From contig JAFCCG010000023.1 of assembly GCA_017610335.1 (NCBI GenBank), positions 1-49,037 of the forward strand: a stretch of 49,037 nt of DNA, read 5' to 3'. A program made the position numbers and the translations under genes. Source of the stretch: Chloroflexota bacterium. Its GTDB lineage: Archaea; Iainarchaeota; Iainarchaeia; Iainarchaeales; GCA-2688035. This document shows, piece after piece, positions 1 through 9,232 of this stretch; the first letter of the stretch is position 1; each line of letters starts with the position of its first letter. The notes under the pieces are model-generated. The model saw only the letters and a program-made list of their open reading frames with translations, was not told the DNA's origin and did no database searches.

Positions 1-491
1 CCAATTGGTAAAATTGCAACATCTGGTTTGAGTTGTGAAAAGCTGTCAAGTAAAGCAGTGTCTCCGCTGTGAAAAACACTTTTTCCCTTATGAGATATCA
101 TAAAACCAAGCGGGTAAAAAGACTGAGGATGATGGGCAGGAGTTGCCAGTATTTCAACATCCCTAAGATTGATTGTTTGATGCATTTTTATTGGATGCAA
201 AAACCTCTTGCTTAAATTAAGCTCTTGCAAAACAGATTCTGATGCAATAACACAACTATTGTCTCTTGACGCAATCTTTTCAATAAAATCTTTGTCAAAG
301 TGATCAAAGTGCTCATGAGTTATAAGAATAAGCGCAATGTCCTTGAAATCAGAATCCTTAGCCGCACAATTAACAAGTCTTGCAAACGCAGGATCTTTTT
401 GGTTATTTGAAACATACGGATCAATTAGAATATTCCGTTTAGGAAACCCAATTTTGAAAAAACTGTGACCAAAATATTGAATAGAAACCAT
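1..491 (-). CDS. MBL-fold metal-dependent hydrolase (UPF0173-like), partial; C-terminus lies beyond the left edge
   Basis: Hand translation from ATG (complement of 489-491): MVSIQYFGHSFFKIGF...LILITHEHFDHFD (HxHxDH metallo-beta-lactamase motif)...VFHSGDT. Frame stays open to position 1. Absent from the ORF track because no stop lies in the window. Confidence 0.7.
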   Translation of the reverse strand, partial: MVSIQYFGHSFFKIGFPKRNILIDPYVSNNQKDPAFARLVNCAAKDSDFKDIALILITHEHFDHFDKDFIEKIASRDNSCVIASESVLQELNLSKRFLHPIKMHQTINLRDVEILATPAHHPQSFYPLGFMISHKGKSVFHSGDTALLDSFSQLKPDVAILPI

Positions 492-590
492 ACAAACCTA
501 TAAATATTTGGCAGAACAGGCATTTAAAGGCAGTACCTTGATTTAGGAAAAAATAATAAGGAGAAAACCCAATAATATAACGTGAATTAG

Positions 591-1373
591 ATGAATAAAA
601 AAATTCTTTTAACATTAGTTGTATTGCTCTTTCTGGCCCAGTTTGCACTTGGGCAATTTTATATTCTTGAAAATCACGCAATTAAAATTAATGTAGACAT
701 TGAAGGAAATGCACAAGTGACTGAACGTTATTATTTAAATTTTCAAAATGAAATACAACTTGCTGATTTTAGGCAAACCGTAAGCGAAATAGGAGTAAGC
801 ATTGATGGCTGGCAGGCTTATGATGAAAGAATTTATCCAAGAATAGGACAATCAAAAGACATTGTAGTAAGCGGAATTTCATTCATTGAAAACTCTGACT
901 CGCTTGACTTTCTTGAAATAAATTATTTTCTAAAAAGCCCAATAATGGAAAAAAAGAACGAAACAACCCGCGTAATAGAATACAGCCTGAAACCAAGCGC
1001 ATTCTTAAGCTTTGTTGACGGAGCTCTTTTGATAATCCCGTCAGGGACATCAATAACTGTGCAATTGCCAAGAGGAGTTGAAATAAAACCACCAATAAAG
1101 CCAGATGCAGTAGTAGGTGAAAATACTATTGTCTGGACAGGATATGTTTTTGGAAACGAGCTTGAATTCAACTACCTTGTCTTCAAACAAATTTCTTCAT
1201 TTGATTTAAATCAAGCATTACAGGAATTAATGCAAAGCGAACTCTTTATAATTTTTGTAGCAATAACAGTACTTGTTTTAATAATCGTGTTTGCAAAAAG
1301 AAAATCAATAGGAAACAAAGTACAAAATTATGTGATAAGACACTCCGACCTTGGCGGAGAAGAACAAGAATAA
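591..1373 (+). CDS. hypothetical secreted protein with C-terminal membrane anchor
   Basis: 260 aa. N-terminal signal-like hydrophobic stretch (LLTLVVLLFLAQFALG) and one C-terminal TM (LFIIFVAITVLVLIIVF) followed by basic residues. No recognisable family. Confidence 0.6.
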   Translation: MNKKILLTLVVLLFLAQFALGQFYILENHAIKINVDIEGNAQVTERYYLNFQNEIQLADFRQTVSEIGVSIDGWQAYDERIYPRIGQSKDIVVSGISFIENSDSLDFLEINYFLKSPIMEKKNETTRVIEYSLKPSAFLSFVDGALLIIPSGTSITVQLPRGVEIKPPIKPDAVVGENTIVWTGYVFGNELEFNYLVFKQISSFDLNQALQELMQSELFIIFVAITVLVLIIVFAKRKSIGNKVQNYVIRHSDLGGEEQE

Positions 1374-1410
1374 AACTTGCCTTGAAGCAAACTGCCTAAT
1401 CATAATTCGC

Positions 1411-1581
1411 TTATTTTGCAATTGTAGTAAATATAAGAAAACAGCCCACAACAAAACCAGGAAAAGAAAACACCATTCCAAACCAATCATTAATTCCAAA
1501 AACCATGGCTACAAAGGCCAAAATAGTAAATGCCATAATTGTATACAGCACTGAATCAAAAACTGCTTTCAAATTACCCAT
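1411..1581 (-). CDS. small two-TM membrane protein (56 aa), hypothetical
   Basis: Hand translation: MGNLKAVFDSVLYTIMAFTILAFVAMVFGINDWFGMVFSFPGFVVGCFLIFTTIAK. Starts 2 nt after the stop of the upstream gene. Same length and position as the 1950..2120 ORF. Confidence 0.45.
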   Translation of the reverse strand: MGNLKAVFDSVLYTIMAFTILAFVAMVFGINDWFGMVFSFPGFVVGCFLIFTTIAK

Positions 1582-1583
1582 CT

Positions 1584-1943
1584 TTAATTACCCGGAAGAT
1601 CAAACAAAAACGTGTTTATAAAAGCCATAAGACAAAACAAAAATACAATAATTTTCATTCCATGTTTTTCTAAAGAAGTATCTTTAGTAAAAATTTTTAC
1701 AGACCAATCCAATGGAACCCAAATAAGCATTGGAGCAAAAGCCAGACTCATGAAAAGTTCTAAATCAACAACAGCCCAAAGCAACCCAACAGTCACCAAA
1801 AAATGCCAAACCGGCCTTTTGCCATTCTCTGCAATTATAGCAAAAGCAGCAAGAGCAAACAGCCAATGCAAATTGCCCATGATAACCCCCAGTATCCAAG
1901 CCAAGTCAAAGGCCAATGCATGTGAAAGGAATTCCAACAACAT
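1584..1943 (-). CDS. integral membrane protein, paralog of 2126..2491
   Basis: 119 aa with about 4 TM. The N-terminus MLLEFL..FDLAWILG..GNLHWLF..AA aligns with MFFEFL..LDVNWLAG..SNFHYLF..AA of the 121-aa neighbour. Confidence 0.6.
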   Translation of the reverse strand: MLLEFLSHALAFDLAWILGVIMGNLHWLFALAAFAIIAENGKRPVWHFLVTVGLLWAVVDLELFMSLAFAPMLIWVPLDWSVKIFTKDTSLEKHGMKIIVFLFCLMAFINTFLFDLPGN

Positions 1944-1949
1944 TTTTTA

Positions 1950-2120
1950 TCACTCGTAGGTTACTGTATTTAGTTCAATAATTCCCAGTGCAACCAAAGT
2001 CATCAGGCCACCAAAACCCAAAAACTCAACTGCAAAAAGCCCTGCTCCAAATGCCTGAATCAAAGCAAACAAAATAAACATTGCAATTGCTACAAAAACC
2101 GTTTTTTTTAACCAATTCAT
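1950..2120 (-). CDS. small two-TM membrane protein (56 aa), hypothetical
   Basis: Hand translation: MNWLKKTVFVAIAMFILFALIQAFGAGLFAVEFLGFGGLMTLVALGIIELNTVTYE. Lies 5 nt downstream of 2126..2491 and 6 nt upstream of 1584..1943. Confidence 0.45.
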   Translation of the reverse strand: MNWLKKTVFVAIAMFILFALIQAFGAGLFAVEFLGFGGLMTLVALGIIELNTVTYE

Positions 2121-2125
2121 TTCGA

Positions 2126-2491
2126 TTACCTCAAGAAAAGATTATAGCCAATTATAAGCACAATGCCGTGAATTTCCGTCACAATAATCAAATTGTTTTT
2201 AAGGAACGGAACATCATCAGCAAACGTAAGAACTGCAAGTTTTGTAATATAATAAATCGAAAGAAAACCCCCGACAAGAATTGCCCAGCCGCTTACTGTC
2301 TGAAAATCAACCCAAATCCAGCATACAAGAGTAATAAGCCCTGTGGAAATTATCGCCTTTTTTGTCGAAGGACCCCAAAAGAAAAAACCAATTGCGGCAA
2401 AAAAGAAAAGGTAATGAAAATTGCTGGTCAAAAGCCCTGCTAGCCAATTCACGTCCAAAGATATGACTGCGGCAAGGAATTCGAAAAACAT
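2126..2491 (-). CDS. integral membrane protein, paralog of 1584..1943
   Basis: 121 aa, multi-TM, with N-terminal similarity to the 119-aa ORF. First gene of a four-gene same-strand array. Confidence 0.6.
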   Translation of the reverse strand: MFFEFLAAVISLDVNWLAGLLTSNFHYLFFFAAIGFFFWGPSTKKAIISTGLITLVCWIWVDFQTVSGWAILVGGFLSIYYITKLAVLTFADDVPFLKNNLIIVTEIHGIVLIIGYNLFLR

Positions 2492-2655
2492 ATACTCCCT
2501 AATATAGATTACAGCAAAGGCAATATATATAGTTAACTATAAGCAGTGAATTGGTTAATCGGCGGCTGTTTTTGAGCCTCGGGAAGCCTCGCATACCGTT
2601 CCTTTAGATAATTATATATTTAAATGTTTTGTTATGTAAATATATTGGTTTTTTT

Positions 2656-2892
2656 ATGGGGACTATTACCGTAACTGTGGAAGACAAGGTTGAGGAAAGG
2701 TTTAGGGAAAGGACTGCACAGAAGTTTGGGAAGAGAAAGGGCAGTTTAGGCAAAGCCTTCAACAGTGCGATGAAGAAATGGATTGAACAAGAGGACAATG
2801 ACGCAGTAGCAGAAACAATCGAATTGCTGGAAAAAGGAATAAATCTAGGCGGAATAACTTACAAGTCAAGAGACGAACTGTATGAACGATGA
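2656..2892 (+). CDS. vapB: ribbon-helix-helix type antitoxin (VapB-like)
   Basis: Internal ATG of ORF 2629..2892 gives MGTITVTVEDKVEERFRERTAQKFG... (beta-strand then helices, RHH-like). Overlaps the downstream PIN gene by 11 nt. TATA-like ATATATTTAAAT lies about 30-40 nt upstream. Confidence 0.6.
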   Translation: MGTITVTVEDKVEERFRERTAQKFGKRKGSLGKAFNSAMKKWIEQEDNDAVAETIELLEKGINLGGITYKSRDELYER

Positions 2893-3319
2893 ACCAGCAT
2901 TCTTTGACACAAACATACTGGTATATGCTTTCGACCAAACTGAGGTTTTAAAAAGACAAAAATGCAAAAAGCTTGTCTTGCTGGTATTTAAAGGACAAAA
3001 AAAAGGCGTTGTATCAAACCAGGTTCTAGCCGAACTGTTTTTTGCCCTTACCCAAAAAGTAAGAGAGCCCTACGAACCAAAAAAAGCGGCAAAGTTAATC
3101 AAGGGATTTCTCAACGCACCCAACTGGATTACAACAAACTATTCTTTTGAAACAGTTGCCAAAGCAGCAAAACTAACAGCAAAGAAAAAAACGCATTTCT
3201 GGGACGCGCTGATTGCAGAAACCATGCTTGAAAATCAGGTCTTTGAAATAATCACAGAAAATCAAAAAGACTTCTCAAAGATAGAACAAATAAAGGCAAT
3301 AAATCCAATGAAACGCTAA
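2882..3319 (+). CDS. vapC: PIN-domain ribonuclease toxin (VapC-like)
   Basis: 145 aa. Has the FFDTNILVYAFD N-terminal acidic motif plus later conserved acidic positions (..FWDALIAET..ITEN). Coupled to the upstream small antitoxin ORF. Confidence 0.8.
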   Translation: MNDEPAFFDTNILVYAFDQTEVLKRQKCKKLVLLVFKGQKKGVVSNQVLAELFFALTQKVREPYEPKKAAKLIKGFLNAPNWITTNYSFETVAKAAKLTAKKKTHFWDALIAETMLENQVFEIITENQKDFSKIEQIKAINPMKR

Positions 3320-3347
3320 TTTTCCAAAACAAAAAAAAGGTACGGCA

Positions 3348-3848
3348 CTATTTTTCAAGCATTTTCCTTCTAAGCCTTGAACCGCAATCAGGGCATTTTC
3401 TTTCTTTTGAGCTTGCAGGAAGGGTTTTGCCGCAGGAAGGACATGAAATCGAAAAAGTAATTGTTTTGCTTATTTCCCCACGCATTGCTGATTCAAAAGG
3501 AATTTCAAGAATTTTGGCAAAATTTTGAATACTGTAATCGTCAGTTATTAAAATGAATTTTTTGCCTTGTTTTTTTAAATCAATTGCAAGAGCAATTAAG
3601 GATAAGTCTGGCTTGCTAAGCCTTGTAAAACCCTTCTCAGCCACCAGGTCTCCTGCATAATTTAGTGTTTGTTTTTTTGGTTCGGCAATGGAAAGAACAC
3701 TTTGCCTTAAAGCATTTTCCATCAAATGCCTGCTTCTCATATCACGAAATTCATTTACCACCAAAGCCGTTGTAACATATTTGTGTTCTGGCACGAACTG
3801 AAATCCGAAGTCGTTTAAGACAGCAGAGCTGTCAATTAAGTAAAACAT
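3348..3848 (-). CDS. nob1: Nob1-like endonuclease (PIN domain plus C-terminal zinc ribbon)
   Basis: 166 aa. N-terminal PIN (MFYLIDSSAVL...LITDDYSIQN) and C-terminal CPSCG...CPDCG zinc ribbon, the architecture of archaeal Nob1. Confidence 0.65.
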   Translation of the reverse strand: MFYLIDSSAVLNDFGFQFVPEHKYVTTALVVNEFRDMRSRHLMENALRQSVLSIAEPKKQTLNYAGDLVAEKGFTRLSKPDLSLIALAIDLKKQGKKFILITDDYSIQNFAKILEIPFESAMRGEISKTITFSISCPSCGKTLPASSKERKCPDCGSRLRRKMLEK

Positions 3849-3914
3849 GTATGAAAGTGTTGCGGTTATATATTAAAAGACTTTTATATTACTCATTATT
3901 GCAAGTGAAAGCTA

Positions 3915-5393
3915 ATGGATTTAACGCAAAAAGTGGAAAGCCTAAGTTCTATTGAGGCAAAGGCTTTGAAAGCCCTTGATTTAGAAAAGCTTGAGGGAAT
4001 GGAAGAAATTGCCAAAAAGTCAGGCCTGCCTATCGACAGCGTAAGGCGCGCAATTGAATGGCTTAAAGAAAAAGAACTTGCAAAAGTTGAAGAAGAAAAA
4101 AAAGAAACAATTGTTTTAACCGCCATTGGAAAAAGCAGTTTGAACAAAGCATTGCCTGAAAGGCTTTTTGTAGAAGCACTGCAGCAGCTTGAAGGCAAGG
4201 GAAGCCTTGAAGATGTTTTTAAAAAAAGCCAGCTTAACAGGCCAGAATTTAATGTCGCAATGGGACTTGCAAAAAGAAACGCCTGGATTAGCATCCAGGG
4301 AGGGAAAAAAACCCTGCTTGAATTTACCGGCCTTGAAAAAGAATTTTTAGAAGGAAATTATCCGCTTGAAAAAGCAATGAAAAAAATAAAGGAAACCCTT
4401 GAATTAAACAAGGAAGAAAAAAAGGCACTGCAGGAAGCTTTGAAAAGAGGACTTGCAGAAAAAGTTGTGGAGGTTGAAAAAAAAGCAATGCTTACAGCAG
4501 ATGGAAAAAAAGCAATTGCATTGCTTGAAACAGTAAAAAAAAGAACATACAATGTTCACGGAGCAGTTCCAAAAATCTTCATTGGAAAAAAACATGCTTA
4601 TGTCCAATTTCTTGACCATGCAAGAGCAAAGCTTTTGGAACTCGGTTTTAAAGAAATGGAAAGCCCGCTTATAACACAGGAATTTTACAACTTTGATGCA
4701 TTGTTTCAGCCACAAGGACATCCTGCAAGACAGTGGACTGATACCTACCAATTAAAACAGCCAAAAACAGGAGGACTCCCTGACAAAAAAATTGTTGAAA
4801 GAGTTAAGGCAGCACACGAAAATGGATGGACTACAGGAAGCAAAGGATGGGGCTATAAGTGGAGTGAAGACATTGCAAAAAAAGTAATGCCTGCAGCACA
4901 TGGAACAGCACACAGTGCAAGACAACTTGCTGCAGGAGTTGAAATTCCAGGAAAGTATTTTTCAATTGCAAGATGTTACCGGCCAGATGTTGTTGACACT
5001 TCACATTTAATTGAATTTAACCAAATGGAAGGAATAATTATTGGAAAAGATTTTTCTTTCAGGCACTTACTTGGAATGCTAAAAGAATTTGCAGTTGAAT
5101 TTGGACAGGCAAAAGAAATCAAATTCTTACCAGACTATTATCCTTTTACAGAACCATCAGTTCAGTTAAGCGTTAAACATCCAAAACTTGGATGGATTGA
5201 ACTTGGCGGAGCAGGCATATTCAGGCCAGAACTTACACAGCCACTTGGAGTAAAAGACCCTGTTCTTGCATGGGGAATTGGCATTGACAGACTTGCAATG
5301 TGTGCACTAAACATAAAAGACATCAGACAATTATTCTCACAAGATTTAACTTGGCTGAGAAATACAAAACAGGTGGTGTGGGAAAATGCCTAA
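3915..5393 (+). CDS. pheS: phenylalanine--tRNA ligase alpha subunit (archaeal type)
   Basis: 492 aa. N-terminal helical/wHTH region, then a class II core (FQPQGHPARQ, YFSIARCYRPD, GAGIFRPE, GIGIDRLAM). 8-nt overlap with pheT. Confidence 0.9.
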   Translation: MDLTQKVESLSSIEAKALKALDLEKLEGMEEIAKKSGLPIDSVRRAIEWLKEKELAKVEEEKKETIVLTAIGKSSLNKALPERLFVEALQQLEGKGSLEDVFKKSQLNRPEFNVAMGLAKRNAWISIQGGKKTLLEFTGLEKEFLEGNYPLEKAMKKIKETLELNKEEKKALQEALKRGLAEKVVEVEKKAMLTADGKKAIALLETVKKRTYNVHGAVPKIFIGKKHAYVQFLDHARAKLLELGFKEMESPLITQEFYNFDALFQPQGHPARQWTDTYQLKQPKTGGLPDKKIVERVKAAHENGWTTGSKGWGYKWSEDIAKKVMPAAHGTAHSARQLAAGVEIPGKYFSIARCYRPDVVDTSHLIEFNQMEGIIIGKDFSFRHLLGMLKEFAVEFGQAKEIKFLPDYYPFTEPSVQLSVKHPKLGWIELGGAGIFRPELTQPLGVKDPVLAWGIGIDRLAMCALNIKDIRQLFSQDLTWLRNTKQVVWENA

Positions 5394-7032
5394 TGTTGAA
5401 GCAAGCAGGAAAGATTTACAAAAGCTTATTGGAAAAAAACTAGACACCAAACAATTAGAGGAAGCAATAGAGTTTGCAAAGGGCGAAATTGAATTAATTG
5501 AAGGAGACAGAATTGTAATTGATGAAAAAGATACGAACAGACCTGATTTGCTGAGTGCGGAGGGAATTGCAAGAGAGATTAGAGCAAGAATCGGAATAGA
5601 AAAAGGCGTTCCAAAATACAAAATTAGGAAAAGCGATGTTTCGGTTATTGTAGACAAAAGCGTGGCAAAAATAAGACCGTGTATTTCAGCGGCAGTTATC
5701 AAAAATGTAAAAATAAACGAAGATATGTTAGTGCAAATGATTAATTCCCAGGAAAAGATTTGCGGAACATTTGGAAGAAAAAGGAAGGAAGCTGCGGTTG
5801 GAATTTACGACTGGAGTAAGCTAAAACAGCCAATGCATTACAGAGCATATGATCCAAGAGTAAAAAAGTTTATTCCGCTTGAATACAGGATTGAAATGGA
5901 TTTGGAAGAAATTCTGTTAGAGCATCCTAAAGGAAAGGAATTCAAACATTTGTTAGAAGGCTTTTCAAAATTCCCGATTTTTGAAGACAGTAAAAAGGTT
6001 GTTGCAAGCATGCCGCCAATAATCAACTCGCAGCTTACAGGCAAGGTCGCAATGAGCACAAAAGAATTTTTGATAGAAGTAACAGGATACAAACAGGAAA
6101 CGGTGAACACTGCCCTGAATGTAATGGTTTCAGCTTTTGCCGAACGCGGATTTGACATTTACAGCGTCAAAATAAAATATGCAAACAAGACAATTATTAC
6201 GCCTGATTTTACTCCAGGAAAGATAACAGTTGAAATTGATGAGATTAAAAAGATTAGTGATCTTGACCTGAACACAAAGCAAATAGTTGAACTTTTGAAG
6301 AGGGCAAGATATGATGTTAAAGTAAAAGGCAAAAAACTCTTGTGCGAATACCCAGCATACAGGCCTGATATCCTGCACCCTGTTGACGTTGCCGAAGACG
6401 CAATAATAAGTTATGGCTACAACAAGATTAAGCCAAAGCCTATAAGGATTTCAACAAAAGGATCTGAACTTGAAACAAAAAAGTTCAAGAGAGCGTGTGA
6501 AAACGTTTGCATTGGACTTGGATTGCAGGGCGTTTTAACTTTTACAATGACCAGCAAGGCAAAGCAGTCTGAAATGATTGGATTTGGCCCTGAAAAAGAA
6601 CAATTTGTTGAAATTGAAAACCCTGTAAGCGAAAAATACACTGTTTTCAGGAAAAGAATTTACCCAGAGCTTTTGGAATTTTTGGGAAAAAACAAACATG
6701 CAAGCTTTCCGCAAAAAATATTTGAAACAGGCAAAACACTTGAACTAAAACAGGGAACAGAAACAGGAGTTTCAGAAAAAAACAGGCTCTGTATTGTACT
6801 CTCAGGCAAAGGAGCAGAGTTTACTGTAATCAAGGGTGTTTTGGACGCAGTTGCTGACAATCTGGGCTTGAAATATGAATTGAAGCAGAACACAGAGCCC
6901 GCATTGGAAAAAGGAAAGAGCACCGGCGTTGAAATTGCCAGCAAAAAAGGCATTGTCGGAGAGCTAAAAAAAGAAATTCTGCAAAACTTTGGATTGGAAC
7001 AGCCGACTGCGGTGCTTGAACTGGAGATTTAG
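5386..7032 (+). CDS. pheT: phenylalanine--tRNA ligase beta subunit (archaeal type)
   Basis: 548 aa, translationally coupled to pheS. Length and B3/4-B5-like organisation match archaeal PheT. Confidence 0.85.
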   Translation: MPNVEASRKDLQKLIGKKLDTKQLEEAIEFAKGEIELIEGDRIVIDEKDTNRPDLLSAEGIAREIRARIGIEKGVPKYKIRKSDVSVIVDKSVAKIRPCISAAVIKNVKINEDMLVQMINSQEKICGTFGRKRKEAAVGIYDWSKLKQPMHYRAYDPRVKKFIPLEYRIEMDLEEILLEHPKGKEFKHLLEGFSKFPIFEDSKKVVASMPPIINSQLTGKVAMSTKEFLIEVTGYKQETVNTALNVMVSAFAERGFDIYSVKIKYANKTIITPDFTPGKITVEIDEIKKISDLDLNTKQIVELLKRARYDVKVKGKKLLCEYPAYRPDILHPVDVAEDAIISYGYNKIKPKPIRISTKGSELETKKFKRACENVCIGLGLQGVLTFTMTSKAKQSEMIGFGPEKEQFVEIENPVSEKYTVFRKRIYPELLEFLGKNKHASFPQKIFETGKTLELKQGTETGVSEKNRLCIVLSGKGAEFTVIKGVLDAVADNLGLKYELKQNTEPALEKGKSTGVEIASKKGIVGELKKEILQNFGLEQPTAVLELEI

Positions 7033-7298
7033 ACCTTTGAGTTGTAAACTGAAGCTATTTCCAGCAGTTTCCTTTTCTTTGATATAGAGAATCCAGAGGC
7101 GTTTGCGTTTAGTTCACTAAAAAGATGGGACATTACACTCTTATTGAGATGCCCGTGCCTGTACGCCATTTCAATTTCAGATCTAAAAGCGGCAGTGGTT
7201 CTCATGGACATTAGTCCATTCACGATTCTCTTAGTAGTAACGGATACAGGACCACTTAAAATGTGTTTGCGGCGTATTATTCGATTTTTTTGAGGCAT
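7029..7298 (-). CDS. hypothetical basic protein (uncertain gene)
   Basis: 89-aa ORF filling the convergent gap between pheT and rfcL. No motif recognised and no SD-like sequence seen. Confidence 0.25.
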   Translation of the reverse strand: MPQKNRIIRRKHILSGPVSVTTKRIVNGLMSMRTTAAFRSEIEMAYRHGHLNKSVMSHLFSELNANASGFSISKKRKLLEIASVYNSKV

Positions 7299-7333
7299 AA
7301 GAAAAAAAAGACTTTGGTAAATAAATACTTTTG

Positions 7334-8746
7334 CTAAAAAAGGCTTGTTTGCTGGTGGTTTTCTTCACCAACAGTGTTGTTTTTGTCTTCCAGCCCCTGC
7401 AGGTCTTCCTGCCTTTTTGCAATTTTTTCAATTTCCCTTTCATCAAAGCCGTGCTTTCTTTTTTCAACAAGCTCTTTTGCCCTAAGCTCTTGCGCTGCGT
7501 CAAAAAAGGTTTTTGACTTTTTTGTGGCTGGTTTTGTGCCAAGAAGGAATGCAATTTCTTCAAGGCTTAGGTCAAGCCCGGCAGACAATGCAACTGCACT
7601 CTCTTTCTTTTTGAAAATCATGTGCAGGAATGGAAGATCCTGTGAAATTACGGCTTTTGAACTTGAATGCATTTCAGTCCCTATCTTCAAACCAAGGCCT
7701 TTTTTTAAATTTCTCAACCCCTTGCTTGAGCCAAGCTTTCTTAAAAGGCTTGGGAACTGGTATTGAATCCAGCCTCCGTAATCGTTTTCCCTGCTTAATG
7801 CAACTCCGCTTGTCATAAGCTCTGAAGAGTAACGCAAAAAGCCATAATGCTGGCGCCTCATAATCCTTCCATTAAAGATGTCTGCTTTGCTAAGCCTTTC
7901 AAAAGCAGCGGCATTGTCATCTCCTTTAGTAAAATGTCTTGGAATGTTTTCCTCAATCCAGTTGAAAAGCATTCTTGAATCAATGTCTGCTTTGAAACGC
8001 GCAGTCCTAATTTCTTCAACACTGTTTCCTTTGAGTATTTCACCCATTGTTTTGAAAACATTCTGCTGCCTTTCCCTATAACCAAGTGATTTAACCGCAT
8101 TTATATCAAGCTTTCCTGAAAGTGAAAGGGTTTGTGCGTCAAGCAGGGTTGAACGAAAATCGCCTGCACAATTTTGAGCAAGCTCTTTTACTGCTTCCGC
8201 ATCAAATTTAATTTTTTCCTGCTCCAAAAGTTCCCTTAACCTTTTTGCAATGCTTAGGTAATTGATTTTTTTGAATTGCATCATCTGACAACTGCTTCTG
8301 AAAGCAGTCATTTTTTGATTTCCGTAAACATTGTTTGCTGTAAGAATAACAGGATTTTTGCTCGCCTTGATTATCTTGTTTATTGCCGCAACACCGCCTC
8401 TGTCGGAATTTCCATGCAAGCCATCAACCTCGTCAAGTAAAATTAGCCTTTTTTTTCCTGAAAAACTATTCCCCTGTGCTGCCGCTCCAGCAACCCTTTC
8501 AACTGCGTCTTTTGTCCTTGTGTCAGAGGCATTCATTTCAAAAATCTGCCAGTTAAAATATTTGGCAATAAGATGGGCAAGGCATGTTTTTCCTGAACCG
8601 GTTGCACCAAAAAAAAGCAATGGCTTTCCTTGCTTTCCTTCAATCCATTGCTCACCCCATTTTCTTACGGTTTCAACAATATCACTATTTCCAAGAAATT
8701 CACTCAAATCTTTTGGAAAAAATTTGTCCGGCCAAAGCTGGCTCAT
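7334..8746 (-). CDS. rfcL: replication factor C large subunit
   Basis: 470 aa. AAA+ clamp-loader motifs: Walker A GATGSGKT, Walker B LILLDEVD. Long K/E-rich C-terminal tail ending in QQTSLF (PIP-like). Confidence 0.85.
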   Translation of the reverse strand: MSQLWPDKFFPKDLSEFLGNSDIVETVRKWGEQWIEGKQGKPLLFFGATGSGKTCLAHLIAKYFNWQIFEMNASDTRTKDAVERVAGAAAQGNSFSGKKRLILLDEVDGLHGNSDRGGVAAINKIIKASKNPVILTANNVYGNQKMTAFRSSCQMMQFKKINYLSIAKRLRELLEQEKIKFDAEAVKELAQNCAGDFRSTLLDAQTLSLSGKLDINAVKSLGYRERQQNVFKTMGEILKGNSVEEIRTARFKADIDSRMLFNWIEENIPRHFTKGDDNAAAFERLSKADIFNGRIMRRQHYGFLRYSSELMTSGVALSRENDYGGWIQYQFPSLLRKLGSSKGLRNLKKGLGLKIGTEMHSSSKAVISQDLPFLHMIFKKKESAVALSAGLDLSLEEIAFLLGTKPATKKSKTFFDAAQELRAKELVEKRKHGFDEREIEKIAKRQEDLQGLEDKNNTVGEENHQQTSLF

Positions 8747-9162
8747 TTTCCAGGCCTCCTTTTTCTTGGCTTTTCCTCGATTTTCTCTCTAAGCTTTTTC
8801 TCAAAAAGACTGCTTAGTTCTTTTTGAGCAAACCTGTTTGAGCTTGAAATGCTTTTTAGTAAATCCATTGAAACAATAAGCTGCCCCTTTGCTTTAGGCT
8901 TGGAGGCATTTGAGCCAATTATAAAAAGCAGTTCCTCAAGATTTTTCTGATAAGAACGAAGCTGTGAATTTGAGGCACCCATTTGGCGTGCTCTAAAGAT
9001 TTTCTTTGACAGATTGTCAATGCCAACACAGGCTTTTCTTGTTAGAGGGTTTTTGCTGCCAATGTTTTTCGAAACAAATGTTTTGCCAGCAGAAACTTCT
9101 TTTCTAAAACTGCTCGCAAGCTCTTCCCCAAGCTTTCTGTTCATAACTAAATATTGCCTCAA
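8743..9162 (-). CDS. hypothetical basic protein, translationally coupled to rfcL
   Basis: 139 aa. 4-nt stop/start overlap with rfcL. Basic C-terminal tail (KPRKRRPGK). No family recognised. Confidence 0.5.
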   Translation of the reverse strand: MRQYLVMNRKLGEELASSFRKEVSAGKTFVSKNIGSKNPLTRKACVGIDNLSKKIFRARQMGASNSQLRSYQKNLEELLFIIGSNASKPKAKGQLIVSMDLLKSISSSNRFAQKELSSLFEKKLREKIEEKPRKRRPGK

Positions 9163-9232
9163 ATATGTTTTTATTTCAATTTGAAACCATTAAAGAAGAA
9201 GTTTGTTTAAAAAGAAAGAAATTAGGGGATTT

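Noticed and set aside
1305-1554. Track ORFs 1305..1499 (-) and 1351..1554 (+)
   Set aside because: Both overlap the better-supported 56-aa membrane ORF (1411..1581) or the end of 591..1373. The plus-strand one translates to a K/N/C-rich non-protein-like sequence, and the minus-strand one overlaps the upstream gene's 3' end in another frame.
2540-2610. GC-richer patch (CGGCGGCTGTTTTTGAGCCTCGGGAAGCCTCGC) upstream of vapB checked for an RNA gene
   Set aside because: No tRNA-like arms and no extended pairing. It is most simply promoter or spacer DNA.
7029-7298. Faint resemblance of the 89-aa ORF (..MRTTAAFRSE..YRHGHLNKSVMSHLF) to the C-terminal R-H-x-x-H...Y region of tyrosine recombinases, which would suggest an integrase remnant
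   Set aside because: The similarity is too short and degenerate to trust by eye. The would-be catalytic Tyr position is Phe, and I saw no flanking repeats or tRNA target. It is kept only as a low-confidence hypothetical CDS.
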